A DNA stretch of 54,706 nt, counting the filler, from Sphacelaria rigidula (Eukaryota): assembly GCA_964200075.2 (NCBI GenBank). It is 4 parts of 4 records of this genome, joined end to end, with 100 filler letters (N's around TTAATTAATTAA, not from the genome) between each part and the next. Parts side by side here need not be neighbours in the genome. Positions count along the whole stretch, not along the records: positions 1 to 13,603 come from CAXNAA020002772.1; positions 13,704 to 27,305 come from CAXNAA020002773.1; 2 more parts are not named here. One strand, 5' to 3'. The notes beneath the pieces are model-generated. The model did no database searches. It saw only the letters and a program-made list of their open reading frames with translations, and was not told the DNA's origin. The translations under genes and the position numbers were made by a program. Positions 10,501 through 20,511 of the stretch are shown here, piece by piece; positions within the stretch are counted from its first letter, which is position 1, and each line of letters starts with the position of its first letter.

Positions 10501-12646
10501 AGTGCTGTAGAGGAAGCAGTAGATCATACCGTAATGGTAGGTGCTGATGGTGTGTCATTACGTGAGCAAAAAGAAGGCACCGACAAAGGTGATGATGACG
10601 AAGGGCTTGAATACTCACCAAGAAGCTCCGTGGCGGAGACATCAAGGGGAGACAGCGATCTTGATACACAGAAACAATTTGAGGATGACGACTTCGAAGA
10701 AGATGTGGAAGAAGTAACAACGTCAGTTGAAGAGTTGGGCAAAGGTAGCCATGACTTAAAAGCTGATTCACGCGGGACGTCTGGTGAAGAAACTCGGCCA
10801 AAGCTTGCGGTCCCGTCGGCAACAATCGTCGACGGCGATATAGAGGTAGGTCTGATTGTAAAAGGAAAAATGAAAGAAATTATGTGTGAAATGGAAGGAA
10901 TCGAAGATATGTAGAAAATGCTAGGAGTTGCGGATGACAGCGGAACGCCCCAGCGACTCACCATATCAGTAGCTGAAGTCAAACAGGAGATGAACCAGTG
11001 GCCACAGAGGAAAAGCGCGCAATGGCTCCGAAAACTGACGAAAAAACACCGAAATCCACCGCGTGACGTCATCCATGTCTCGAAGACCCTCCTCTCTAAC
11101 TGACCGTGGATGATGTCAGACGTGCACCAAAGAATATTGGCCGATCAACAATCTTCATGCCACCTTTTATCCTCGTCTACTTCGCACAACTGTCAGGTGT
11201 TTAGTATCGAGCGTGTTGACTTGTTGCACCGTGCGTGCACACATGCCCAAGCGTGTTACGCCGAAAAGGAGCATTGCCCAGATATATCGCTCATCAAACA
11301 ATTCTATATAGTGAGATTGTGCACTCAAATGAGGTTCAAGCCCAAAACAGTGCTTTCTCCTCACTTACAGCGATGGTGCCCAATGACTTTTTTGTCGGCA
11401 TAATGCCCCTCGATCGCGTAGGTGCTTTTTCAGCGCATTTTACCGACTGGGTGAGCTTACAGCGCTGACCGAAACCGACATTTTCCCTGATTTTTGAGGG
11501 GGGTGATATCACGGAAAATTTCGGTTTCGGTCAGCGCTGTAAGCCCACAGAGTAGGTAAAGTGCGCTGAAAAAGTACCTACGCGATCGAGGCGCATTACG
11601 CCGACAAAACAATCATTGAGCACCATCGCTGCAGGTGTGGGGAAAGCACTATATCGGACTTGAACTTCATTTGAGTGTACAACCTTATTTTATAGAGTTG
11701 CCTGTTGCTTGGTGGCGTCTGAGTAGTCAATAAAACCCTGAGTGAGGTAAGTGAATGGTCGGTAAACTCGACGTGTCCATGACGGGTAAAACAACGTTTT
11801 CGTGAGATTGAGAGTAGAGGATACGATTGAGAGTGAAAAACGGTCACTTAATGAATGAGTTGTTTCAGTTCCGAAAATGCCCCTCCACGAGGCCCGATAT
11901 GCTTTCTGTAGTAGCTCGCCACTGCGGCCCTTGATATCCCTGAGTAGGATATCGATATGTAGCTGTGAGCACACGCTAGTGATAATGGCAAAAAAAAGCA
12001 AAACCGGAATGGAAAAATGATAGGGTGAAAGCAAAATTACCGAAGCCACTCTCAATCAGCTCTCTACTCTCAATCTTACGGAAACGTTTGTGTAAGTGGA
12101 TGGTCGCCAACAATGCACGGTTGCACGGTTGACACACTTTTTTTTGTCAAAGCCAAACGTGACCGTATCCCAATCCCCAACCGAATGTGAAATTTAGAAG
12201 TCTCGGCCATTGGCTAAGCTAACTTTGGTAACGTAGGCGGCGGTTTGAGCTAGAACATGTGCTGTGCACGCTGCCGAGCACTCATGAGGTGAAGCCCCCT
12301 GCATATCTTACTGTCATCGTTTTTACCAAAAACAAATTAAGGTGCGACGATCAAAGTGCTTTTCGACCATCATGGCAGGTTAGTTTCTGCTCTACTGCCA
12401 TGACTCACACAGCATGCGTAATGGATTATGTGCAAGCACAACATACGTATCTTCACGTAAACCTACCCGAGTTATTCCAGCCTTGACGCATGGTCAATTG
12501 TTTACACTTCTTTCCAACAGGTGCTCAAGGGAAATCAAGCAGAGGATCGAAATAGTGAGGAAGCCAGAACATCGGGAGACAACGAGGAGGCTTTATCTGC
12601 CGACACGTTTGAAGACGACTTCGAGGATGATTTCGAAGACCCATGA
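1524..12646 (+). CDS. Multi-exon gene (5' incomplete): protein with a dynein stalk MTBD-like domain and a long acidic low-complexity C-terminus
   Basis: GT-AG exons with consistent phases: 1524-1622, 3494-3581, 4652-4880, 5293-6162, 6439-6859, 6951-6997, 7183-7387, 7753-8067 (alternative end 8168), 8488 (alternative 8484)-10845, 12521-12646 (TGA). Sum 4758 nt, open throughout. The last exon VLKGNQ...FEDDFEDDFEDP* matches the composition of the large acidic exon. A further upstream exon at 69-198 is possible. Confidence 0.8.
2268..2330 (-). repeat. Dispersed repeat fragment shared with 41110-41170
   Basis: Reverse complement TTGATCCCTTGAGATCACGGACTCGTCTCGAAGAAGGGGAGGGG matches TTGATCCCTTGAGACCACGGACTCATCCCGAGGAAGGGGAGGGG at the start of contig 4. 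Probably part of a larger decayed element in the intron. Confidence 0.75.
3783..4400 (-). mobile_element. LINE/SINE 3'-end fragment (intronic)
   Basis: TTGTCCCACATTCACTGATCC...GCCGTGGTCACAAGATA next to a short TTTGA repeat tail, homologous to the LINE 3' end at 38144-38215. Distal boundary approximate. Confidence 0.65.
5850..6460 (+). other. Dynein heavy chain stalk microtubule-binding domain (MTBD)-like region, split by intron 6163-6438
   Basis: Spliced peptide ALACITSADIEQLLLEVKPTNATTVVCAAVVFLLSSDDKVPADFRWPQGFAAVARRADDFLANLREKSGKVVSPFKAQVLQFVLQREDIMPMAIERQGGHTVAS|LCAWA follows the recalled axonemal MTBD pattern (AL..l...DI.El.....P......V..AV..LL...kvP.D..W.......d.FL..L......a.LC.Wv). Confidence 0.72.
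11299..11700. mobile_element. About 400-bp foldback/MITE-like palindrome in the last intron
   Basis: Arms 11299-11489 and 11511-11700 are reverse complements with scattered mismatches (e.g. CTTACAGCGCTGACCGAAACCGA / TCGGTTTCGGTCAGCGCTGTAAG). Confidence 0.85.
11790..12091. mobile_element. MITE family A, copy 1 (about 30-bp TIR, 4-bp TSD GTAA)
   Basis: TIRs AACAACGTTTTCGTGAGATTGAGAGTAGAG / CTCTACTCTCAATCTTACGGAAACGTTTGT; GTAA on both flanks; homologous along its length to 17197-17507. Confidence 0.88.
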
Positions 12647-13537
12647 AGTAGATTGTATGTTGACAGTACCTCTAGGAGACAATACCCAAACTGTGTCTGT
12701 AGCTGACAAGAAAAAACCTTCCGCAATGGCGTCGCCGGTAGGACCGCCGACCACGGGATTCGGTCTTGTATTTACCACTAGCCCAAGTTTTGGAAATGGT
12801 TTTCTTACCGATGAATAAAGACATAAAGCCCTAACGGGTCGCTCGTTGGCTGACCCGAAAATTGTTCTACATTGCTCCCTTTTCAGCAGTCATGTTTGAG
12901 CCACTCTCGAAATGATGAAGATGCTGCTTTTGAGAGTTTGGCGAAAGGAAAGTAATGCGGACAGACGCATTGAGGATAATGGCGGTTTTGTGTAGTCCAA
13001 GTGGTGTGTCCAGAAACATCAAATGAGGCGCACACACAACACTTTCGCCTACGACCGTGCGAGCTCTACTACCCGAGATACAACAACATGCACAACAATC
13101 AGGTTTCATTTGCTTCGTATGGCTTGAACCCGATCAATACTAAAAAATGGTAACTCGGTGTTTTCTGCAGCTGTATATACCCAGGCAAGGAAAACAAGAG
13201 GCGAGCAATTCGATCTGTTTCCTTGTTCAGTTCAATATATTTTGATGTAGCGCGTCCACTGGTGAACCGGTTTCCATACACTCACGTTCCTATCGATATA
13301 TGTAGGGCGTCGTGCTCGGGCGCTGTACAGGTGCCGAAAAGCGGGATGGTGCAGTATACCGAGAAATCTTTACACTTGAATGGACCACCAAACATACGAT
13401 AACATTGCCCGTTTGTTCTGTGGTCCATTCTGATTGCGCGCCTACACTTGCCCAGACAAAGTTCAACCGATTTTGGCGAATATATTTCGGTAAAAAGTCA
13501 AGCAAAGAGTCATGCTACGGTAGGGGGGGGGGGGGGG

Positions 13538-13603
13538 GACTCATTTGTTGCTTGCCTTAGTTGTTTGACCATTGACCCCCCATCCCTTTCGAGATGGAGA
13601 CCC
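13538..13603 (-). mobile_element. Retroposon 3'-end fragment at the contig end
   Basis: Reverse complement closely matches 27423-27487. Confidence 0.75.
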
Positions 13604-13703
13604 NNNNNNNNNNNNNNNNNNNNNNNNNNNNNNNNNNNNNNNNNNNNTTAATTAATTAANNNNNNNNNNNNNNNNNNNNNNNNNNNNNNNNNNNNNNNNN
13701 NNN
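13604..13703. other. Artificial contig spacer (N44-TTAATTAATTAA-N44)
   Basis: Exactly 100 bp; the central 12-mer gives stops in all six frames; identical to the other two spacers. Confidence 0.98.
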
Positions 13704-14827
13704 TCCTCATTTAAAGCCATAAAAAAAGTACTTGCGCATAGGATGTACAGATCTCGATTGAAATACCAGCCTCGAATACGGGTGCATTTACGAAGGAACC
13801 AAGTAGGTGACAAAAAAGGAAGCCCTCGCCAGCAGGTCCTTCCAAACATCGGGTAGAGACGGTACGAAAGGAAGGGGGCACAGCGAAGCTGACACAGCAG
13901 TCCCACGCAACGACAACGCAGACGACCCCAAGGCGAAAAGAGAATAAATACGCTAGATCAAGAAGCAAAGTGCAGAGAAAGAGAACAGGACGAAGGCGCG
14001 GATCGCAGACAGAAAATTAGGGTCTGCAGAGGGCGTGCTGCTGGTACTCATGGATTGTTCCATCGTTTGTACGGTCTCCCAACACCCGCTGCTGTATAGG
14101 TACACTCGTATAGTACGGTGTACCAAATATACTCGTTCCATAGCCTCTCTCTTCTGAAGCGGGCCAATTTGGTGGGTTTCCATGGTGGTTCAGGAGGCAT
14201 ATTGTAGGACGTACGTAAGAGGGCCATGATGTACTGGTGTACTGGCGGCCTCTCAGCCAGTACAAGTAGTACTGCCAGTACAGGAATACTGGCAGTAGAT
14301 ACTGGTCCAGGACCCAACCCTAGAAAATAGGGAAGTGGATGTAGAGTTGCCAACCGTACCCGCCAACGCGGAAGGGGGCCCTAGCCAAGTCCTGATTGGC
14401 TGACAACCTATGCGAAAATGGACGCGACCCTGTGCGTACTGTAAAGAGTGTCGGGGTTGAATTTTTAGTCGTCTCGAGCGATGTGTGCCATTCTGTGTGC
14501 TATAATACGTGCTTTGCGCATTTCGTGTCGGGGACACGTTCTGCACTCGCAGCACTCATAAAACCAGGTGTATACTTCGATGATTACTTGTGGCGTACTA
14601 TACTGTACTGTAATGCGCTGTGACGCGTCTCCTCTCGGTGTTTTTGGCAGGCAAGCAAGCAGCATATTTTTGTTTCCTTCACCACAACACCTCTGGTCGC
14701 TTGTTGGAAGTTATATGTTTGTGTTGTACCCACCGCATTTTGTTTGCGTGCGCGTGTGCGTGTGGCTCTCTCGTCGTTTATCTTCGTTCCTCTCCCCACA
14801 TGAACACCCAACTAATTTTGACATCAG

Positions 14828-17800
14828 GCGGAGAAGGCACGCGCCGAGGTGGAAGAGTTGAAGGGCATCACGGAAGGACTGCGTCGAGCGCAGGCAGAGC
14901 AGGAAAATAGCCTCAGGGAGACGGACATCGCTAACCGCCAGACGCCGCAGGTACGTGTGCATCGGCCCGGAAGCCGGTGTGCTGTAGTGGGTGCTGCAGT
15001 GCTGCTGCTTTGACTTTTCACCGAAAACGTTGCATCCCGCTGTCTCGTTAAGTTTGTGCATGCTGTACTACATACAGTATTACACTGTTTTGTGGTGAAG
15101 CCCTCCAAAGCCGTCACTTTGGTTGACTTTACATTACTGGATCGGAATCAATATTACCTTATCGATATCTTGTTGCAGATTGCGTCCACACCCGGTGAGT
15201 TCGTTTCGTTTCCTCTCGTACGGGTACATCCGATTGTCGACAATTGTCTACAATATACCGGAATGATTTGTTCAAACCATATACGGTTCGATAGCATACA
15301 GGCATACACGAGAGATATCTTGCCCCTAAATACAGTACGTGGATGAGCCATGGTACGCGACACATGTTGACACTAGAGGCAGATGAGCATGTTGGACATG
15401 GTACCAAGCATATCGACAAACGCAGGTGCGTAGTATAACGTGACCTAATATGTACATCCAATTTCATGTTTCCCATACGAGTACTCGTATACGTTTACTG
15501 ATTCCGTGGTCGATTGTCGCACCCTACTGCATTCATATAATATTTCATTCCAAGGAATCCAGCCGTGGTACACTCGTAATAACATGATGAACTTACCCGA
15601 GATGAAGCAAAAGTGCAGGATGGAAGAACTCGCTGAAGGAAAGTGAAGGGAACAACCGAAAGGTACAACATACCAACATACAGAATAGACTATTCTCGAC
15701 AAGGACAAGTAGAGAGAAAACAAATCTCGATACATGGTGTCTATTATATTGTCGATTACATGCTTGCAGGACCTAAAAACACAGAACGCCACGCTGTCAT
15801 CGGAGCTGGCCCTGGCGATCGCTGTCATGGAGGCTGTCGGATTACTGCCCAAAGATCAAGTGCCTGCCGCTGCCGACAGTGCACAGGTGACTCCCAATCC
15901 TTGCCGCACAGATGATGAATGAAGTCGGTGTTAGCATCACACATCAATCATATTCGCGACTTGACCGCTGTTTTCGCTTGGCTACCCCGCCGTATCTTTC
16001 CTGTGAACAAGGGCAACTGGACCGGAACGCTCTGGGGGTTCTTCCTTTACAGCACACCACAGACGTTGTGCAAAATAATCTTGATTTTCGATGGTCTCAT
16101 CTTTTGTATTGAACATAAAAGTTGGTTCCAGTAATTCCAGTAGTTCCAGTGAGAGGCACGAAGGAACCCTTTGCTTTTTTTTTCCCTTCATTTTGTTACT
16201 ATCTCTAGTCAGAAAACTCTTGAGCGTTGCGTTCAACACATGAACGTGATGGTGGAATCAGGATAAGCACGCCGTCGTATGATATGGGCCGCGACGTGAT
16301 ACTGTATACTTATTTGAATTATTTTGACAGCTGTGTCAAATCTATTTGTTCCCGAGAATTTCCCCCCCAACACTCGGAAATCGCGCAGCTACGCAGAAAA
16401 AAGTACTCATGTACATGCTGCAGGGGTTTCCATACAAGTGGCTTTGTTCCAATGTTAAAATGCTCAACATCTCGGGTGAGTTCAGTAAAATTGTATAGCA
16501 CGGGTTATGCATGACTTTTAGTTGTATTCGACATCGACACGAACTGCGAGTAGGGTGCTCTTACGGTGTGTGTGTATCTTGCCAGTGCAGCATGAGATGA
16601 TGGACTTTTGGAACGAAATCACTTTACTCAACAGGGAGTACGTTTTTCCTCTATTGCATCTGCTGACCATTTTTTGTGCAGGCTGTGGAATTCTCCCTGA
16701 GACACTGGCGGAGTCCTTCCTGTATCAAGAGTATGGAATATGACGTTGTGCGTAGAAGTTGAAGTCAAATATCATTCGTTGATGTGGAGTAGAGTTGTTG
16801 TGAAGGATAGGGTTAGGGTGCCGTGTCTGTCGGCGGAAGCGGCTTGTATGTCATACTGCAGCGAGCACGCTGACTGCCGCGGAACCTCATAGCATGCCCT
16901 CATCAATGTTTCGAATGAAGACCCATGGTCGAGAATCTCGAACGTACCGAGATTGGCGAATGTAGTGAGAAGTGCGACTTGTAGTGAAGAAGGCTCCTTC
17001 GTGGTACTCTGGTACAGGGAGAGTGAGTGAGGTGCATGTGAGATGGCTCATGATGAAAAGAAAGTGGTTACGAGTACTCGAATTCAACATATTTGTGATG
17101 AGCCTTTTCTACGGGTACTTTTATCTTGTCTCATCAGCATCCATGACACGCGTGTGTTCGAACATGTGGACGAATGATGGACATACTTCCACGGATAACA
17201 ATGTTTTTGTTAGATTGAGAGTAGAGGAAACGATTGACAGTGAAAAGCGGTCAGTTAGTGAATGAATCATTTCAGTGCCGAAATGCTCCCGAACGACACC
17301 CCCATATGCTTTTTGTAGTAGCTTGCCACTGAGGCCCTCAATATCCCCGAGTAGGATATCGACGTGTAGCTGTAAGCACACGCTAGTGATGGAGGCAAAG
17401 AACAGTACACACGAAATGAAAGATAGAGTAAGTAGAAGCGAATGATCAAAGCCACTCTCAATCAGCGCTCTAAGCCACTCTACTCTCAATCTCACGAAAA
17501 CGTTGTTGGATACACCTGAACCTTGCCTGGCAACAAGCTCCGCAGCTATCCGAATGCCTTGAGGGGTAAAAGCGACGGAGCGCTCCGATGCTCTTCAAAG
17601 CATGTTCTCGTAGCATGCCGCGGTCCCCTCCCGCTAGGCCACAGGTGCCTCAACCAGCAAGAGCCAAGGGCTGGAAAAATGGTTAGCCCGTTGCTAGTCG
17701 GGTCTGAATTTCGGGTGTTTTTATTGAGCTTGAACAATATAAGAGGTAATAACACGAGATAAGATGATGGTGCATTCAAGGTTACGTCATCCTCTGGAGA

Positions 17801-18136
17801 CTACCCGCATGCCAGGTTTGGATCATCCATGACTTTACACCTTTACATTCACCCCGTTTCGAAATTGTGGCCGCCTTCCACCATGATTCAACACGACGAT
17901 GGTTCTCCACAAATCTTCAGGACGAAGGAGCAGTCGTCCCGAGGAGGAATCGCGGGCTCCTGTCCCGTATGGCGAGTGGGGGAAACTCGATGACCCCGCC
18001 AAGACTGCGTCTGATGAGCAGGAGTAACGTCGCGTCTCCGGAAAATGATGGAGGGGGGAAGAAAATGACCATCCTCGGGCGTTTTGGGAGGAAAACAGCA
18101 AATGACGTGAGAGCCGTTCGCCTTCCGTTTGTTTAA
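14828..18136 (+). CDS. Exons of a coiled-coil protein gene (5' incomplete, product unknown)
   Basis: Phase-0 GT-AG exons 14828-14950 (AEKARAEVEELKGITEGLRRAQAEQENSLRE...), 15770-15886 (DLKTQNATLSSELALAIAVMEAVGLLP...) and 17921-18136 (DEGAVVPRRNRGLLSRMASG...*; may instead splice out near 18106). Confidence 0.6.
17197..17507. mobile_element. MITE family A, copy 2 (4-bp TSD GGAT)
   Basis: TIRs AACAATGTTTTTGTTAGATTGAGAGTAGAG / CACTCTACTCTCAATCTCACGAAAACGTTGTT; GGAT on both flanks. Confidence 0.88.
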
Positions 18137-19550
18137 TGTTTCTTGTTCTTGTTGAAGAAGGTATTCAAAGTGGGATTGATCTGTAATTTGCTCGCTTGCC
18201 AACGCCGTATCTTTGAATGAGGAAGTCTTGAAGATTCGTCGACAGCAATGCGTGCCTCCGAGAACACTTGAACGCAAAAATGATCGCACGCATCAAATCA
18301 CGTGACACAGAATATTAACTCGCACAAGAAACAAACTATCAATAGGGCAACTTACTTCTTAGCATGTACAGTGGAGAAGCTATGCCTTGGCAACTGTCGC
18401 CCTTCCTGTTGTGCAGGCAAACCATCCCGCAGATGACGTTGTGCGCATGGGCAGACTTTTTCATGCTGATCACGTGTTGAACCCGACATATCTTCTACCA
18501 ATCTCATCCATCCAACATTGGTCAAATCCTCCTCGCCTGCGAAGGTGACGCAGAGGCAGTAGAGGCAGCAGGAAGTAATGGCATGAGATACACACGATTG
18601 GTCACAGTTCCGCAGTGAGCATTCAGCTTATAAGTAGTGAGAATATTTGGAAACGAGGTAATTCTCACGTCGGAGAGCTCGTGAGCTACCTACAAGAGCG
18701 AATCAAAGGACTACTCTCAGATACGACCTCAAATGACACAAAATTCGTGACAGCGGGGTCGGAGAAGTCATCAGGGCGCTACCTTTGCGCTGCTTTACGC
18801 GCTCGGCGTCCACCGCTGTGGAGCATATGTTGGGAAGGGGGGCGATATGAGCTAGCTCATGATACGAATCAGTACGCTAATAAGTCGTTTTCAGGCAGCT
18901 CGTGAGCTGTCCTACGTGTGTACTCGTAAGTGGGGCGGGGCAGGGTTCCCCACAGCAGCAAGCAATTCACTGCACGCCCAACACTCGAAATCTAAAACTG
19001 CTACGAATGCTTTCATTTGATTTGTATCTCTAAGCTATATCTCTCCCTCCAAATCTTGTTTGTCACGTTCAAGAGAAAACTCACCTGTAATTATGTAGTA
19101 ATTGTGCAGTGATTTCATTCAGTGATGGCATCGCACGCCCCCGCCCCTGCCCCCGCCCTGCCGGGGTGGGGTGGAGAAGCTGAACTCGCGAGGAGGATGA
19201 TCTCAATACGTGATATTTGGATGGTGCAATACCGATGGGGCAGTGTGGCCCATGGCTGTCTCTTAAAGTGGCCATGTCAGAAAATGAACCAGCTCATTGG
19301 AGGCTGTCATCGAAGTGCAAGATAATCAGCACGCTCCCAGCCGAACAATCTTATCAGGATGCAGCTCACCCATCATGCGACTGGACGAACACATCACGGT
19401 ACTTCGCGCTTGGTGATTGCGGACCTCGTCTTGCGCGAACCCGGCGTGCTCCGTCCCGGCTTTGTAGGGATGCGAAGTCAGGATATCATGCTTGCGGCAT
19501 GCAAGATCATGAGTGCGACCTTCCCCCCGTGCTATACAATTCTCAGTATT

Positions 19551-19748
19551 CCGTGATAATTATACCGAGAACATGCGGGTGCTTTTTAATTGACCCACAC
19601 GATTCGATCGACTATACACTGCTCCACAGGAATGCGATGTCAGTCCACGCCGTGATAATTATACCGAGAACATGCGGGTGCTTTTTAATTGACCCACACG
19701 ATTCGATCGACTATACACTGCTCCACAGGAATGCGATGTCAGTCCACG
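19551..19748. repeat. Perfect 99-bp tandem duplication
   Basis: 19551-19649 is identical to 19650-19748. Confidence 0.95.
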
Positions 19749-20511
19749 CTCCAGGGCTCACCCGCCACGCTTGGCGCTTCAGGAGCGGCTACTCATGGCT
19801 CTCGAGTCGGCCTCTACACCCAAGCCGATGACACCGACAACATGCGGGACAGAGGCATCTTCAGGTAGGGCGCAGATACATGTACCGTGGAGTTGATGGA
19901 GTATGGTAGTGCCGGGTGATGCACTTTTCAATCACACTTGGGACGAATCTTGAAATTGCCCAGGCATTTCGGTTATCCGTGTGCATACATGAGTCTTCGA
20001 TTACCACAGGTCCTTCGGATCTATGTCTACCTTCTCTTCCTTGAGTAGTGGATGCGGCGCACCCGAAGTAGTGCCGGAGCTGCGCCCAGAGTTGTCTGAT
20101 GTGCAGTCACGTGTTTTATTTTTTTTTCCGTCTCATGCCAACGGTTATAACAAACCCCTCGCTATTTTGTGCTCTGAGTGGCCTGTGATCCGCCCGCTGT
20201 GTGATGAGCTTTTCAAGTCTTGGTATAAGGATGAACGAGAAACCTCACTTTTGTGAGTCTTTCCGTTGGTGGGACCTAGCCCTATACGCTAAACAAGTGT
20301 GCATGTGTGCATGTGTTGTCTATGTCCGGATCACCATTTTCGCACAGGATTTCCGGCGAGCAGGAACGAATCAACAGAAGAGGGACTTTCCTCCGACGAA
20401 TATGCCCTGGCCGCTGCCTTTGCTCCCAGTTACCTGAGCGATGAGCGCGTGCAGATGGAGGTGAAAAATATCCTAGCTGCACAAGCACCCTCTAAACTGC
20501 CGCACGTGTGA
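19729..20511 (+). CDS. Probable last two exons of a gene of unknown function
   Basis: 19729-19864 (ECDVSPRSRAHPPRLALQERLLMALES..., phase 1 donor) joins 20348-20511 (GFPASRNESTEEGLSSDEYALAAAFAPSYLSDERVQMEVKNILAAQ...*). Link to upstream exons unresolved. Confidence 0.5.

Noticed and set aside
8476-10914. Stand-alone 812-aa single-exon gene
   Set aside because: It starts at GTG, has a good donor at 10845 (GAG|gtaggt) and a matching terminal exon at 12521-12646, so it is an internal exon.
1524-12646. Canonical dynein heavy chain gene
   Set aside because: No Walker A/AAA modules and no long stalk coiled coils flank the MTBD-like segment; the gene ends in an acidic tail instead of AAA5/AAA6.
13538-13603. 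True overlap joining the end of contig 1 to the start of contig 3
   Set aside because: The match is imperfect and the flanks differ, so these are separate copies of a repeat.
13648-13659. TTAATTAATTAA as a biological motif (piggyBac target or regulatory site)
   Set aside because: Centred in N runs and identical three times; it is an assembly linker.
15179-15194. 16-nt micro-exon (ttgcag|ATTGCGTCCACACCCG|gtgagt)
   Set aside because: The splice signals are good, but inclusion shifts the next exon out of its coiled-coil frame and I found no compensating exon.
19217-19831. 204-aa ORF with an internal 33-aa repeat
   Set aside because: The repeat is simply the 99-bp DNA duplication; a different frame fits the splice sites better.
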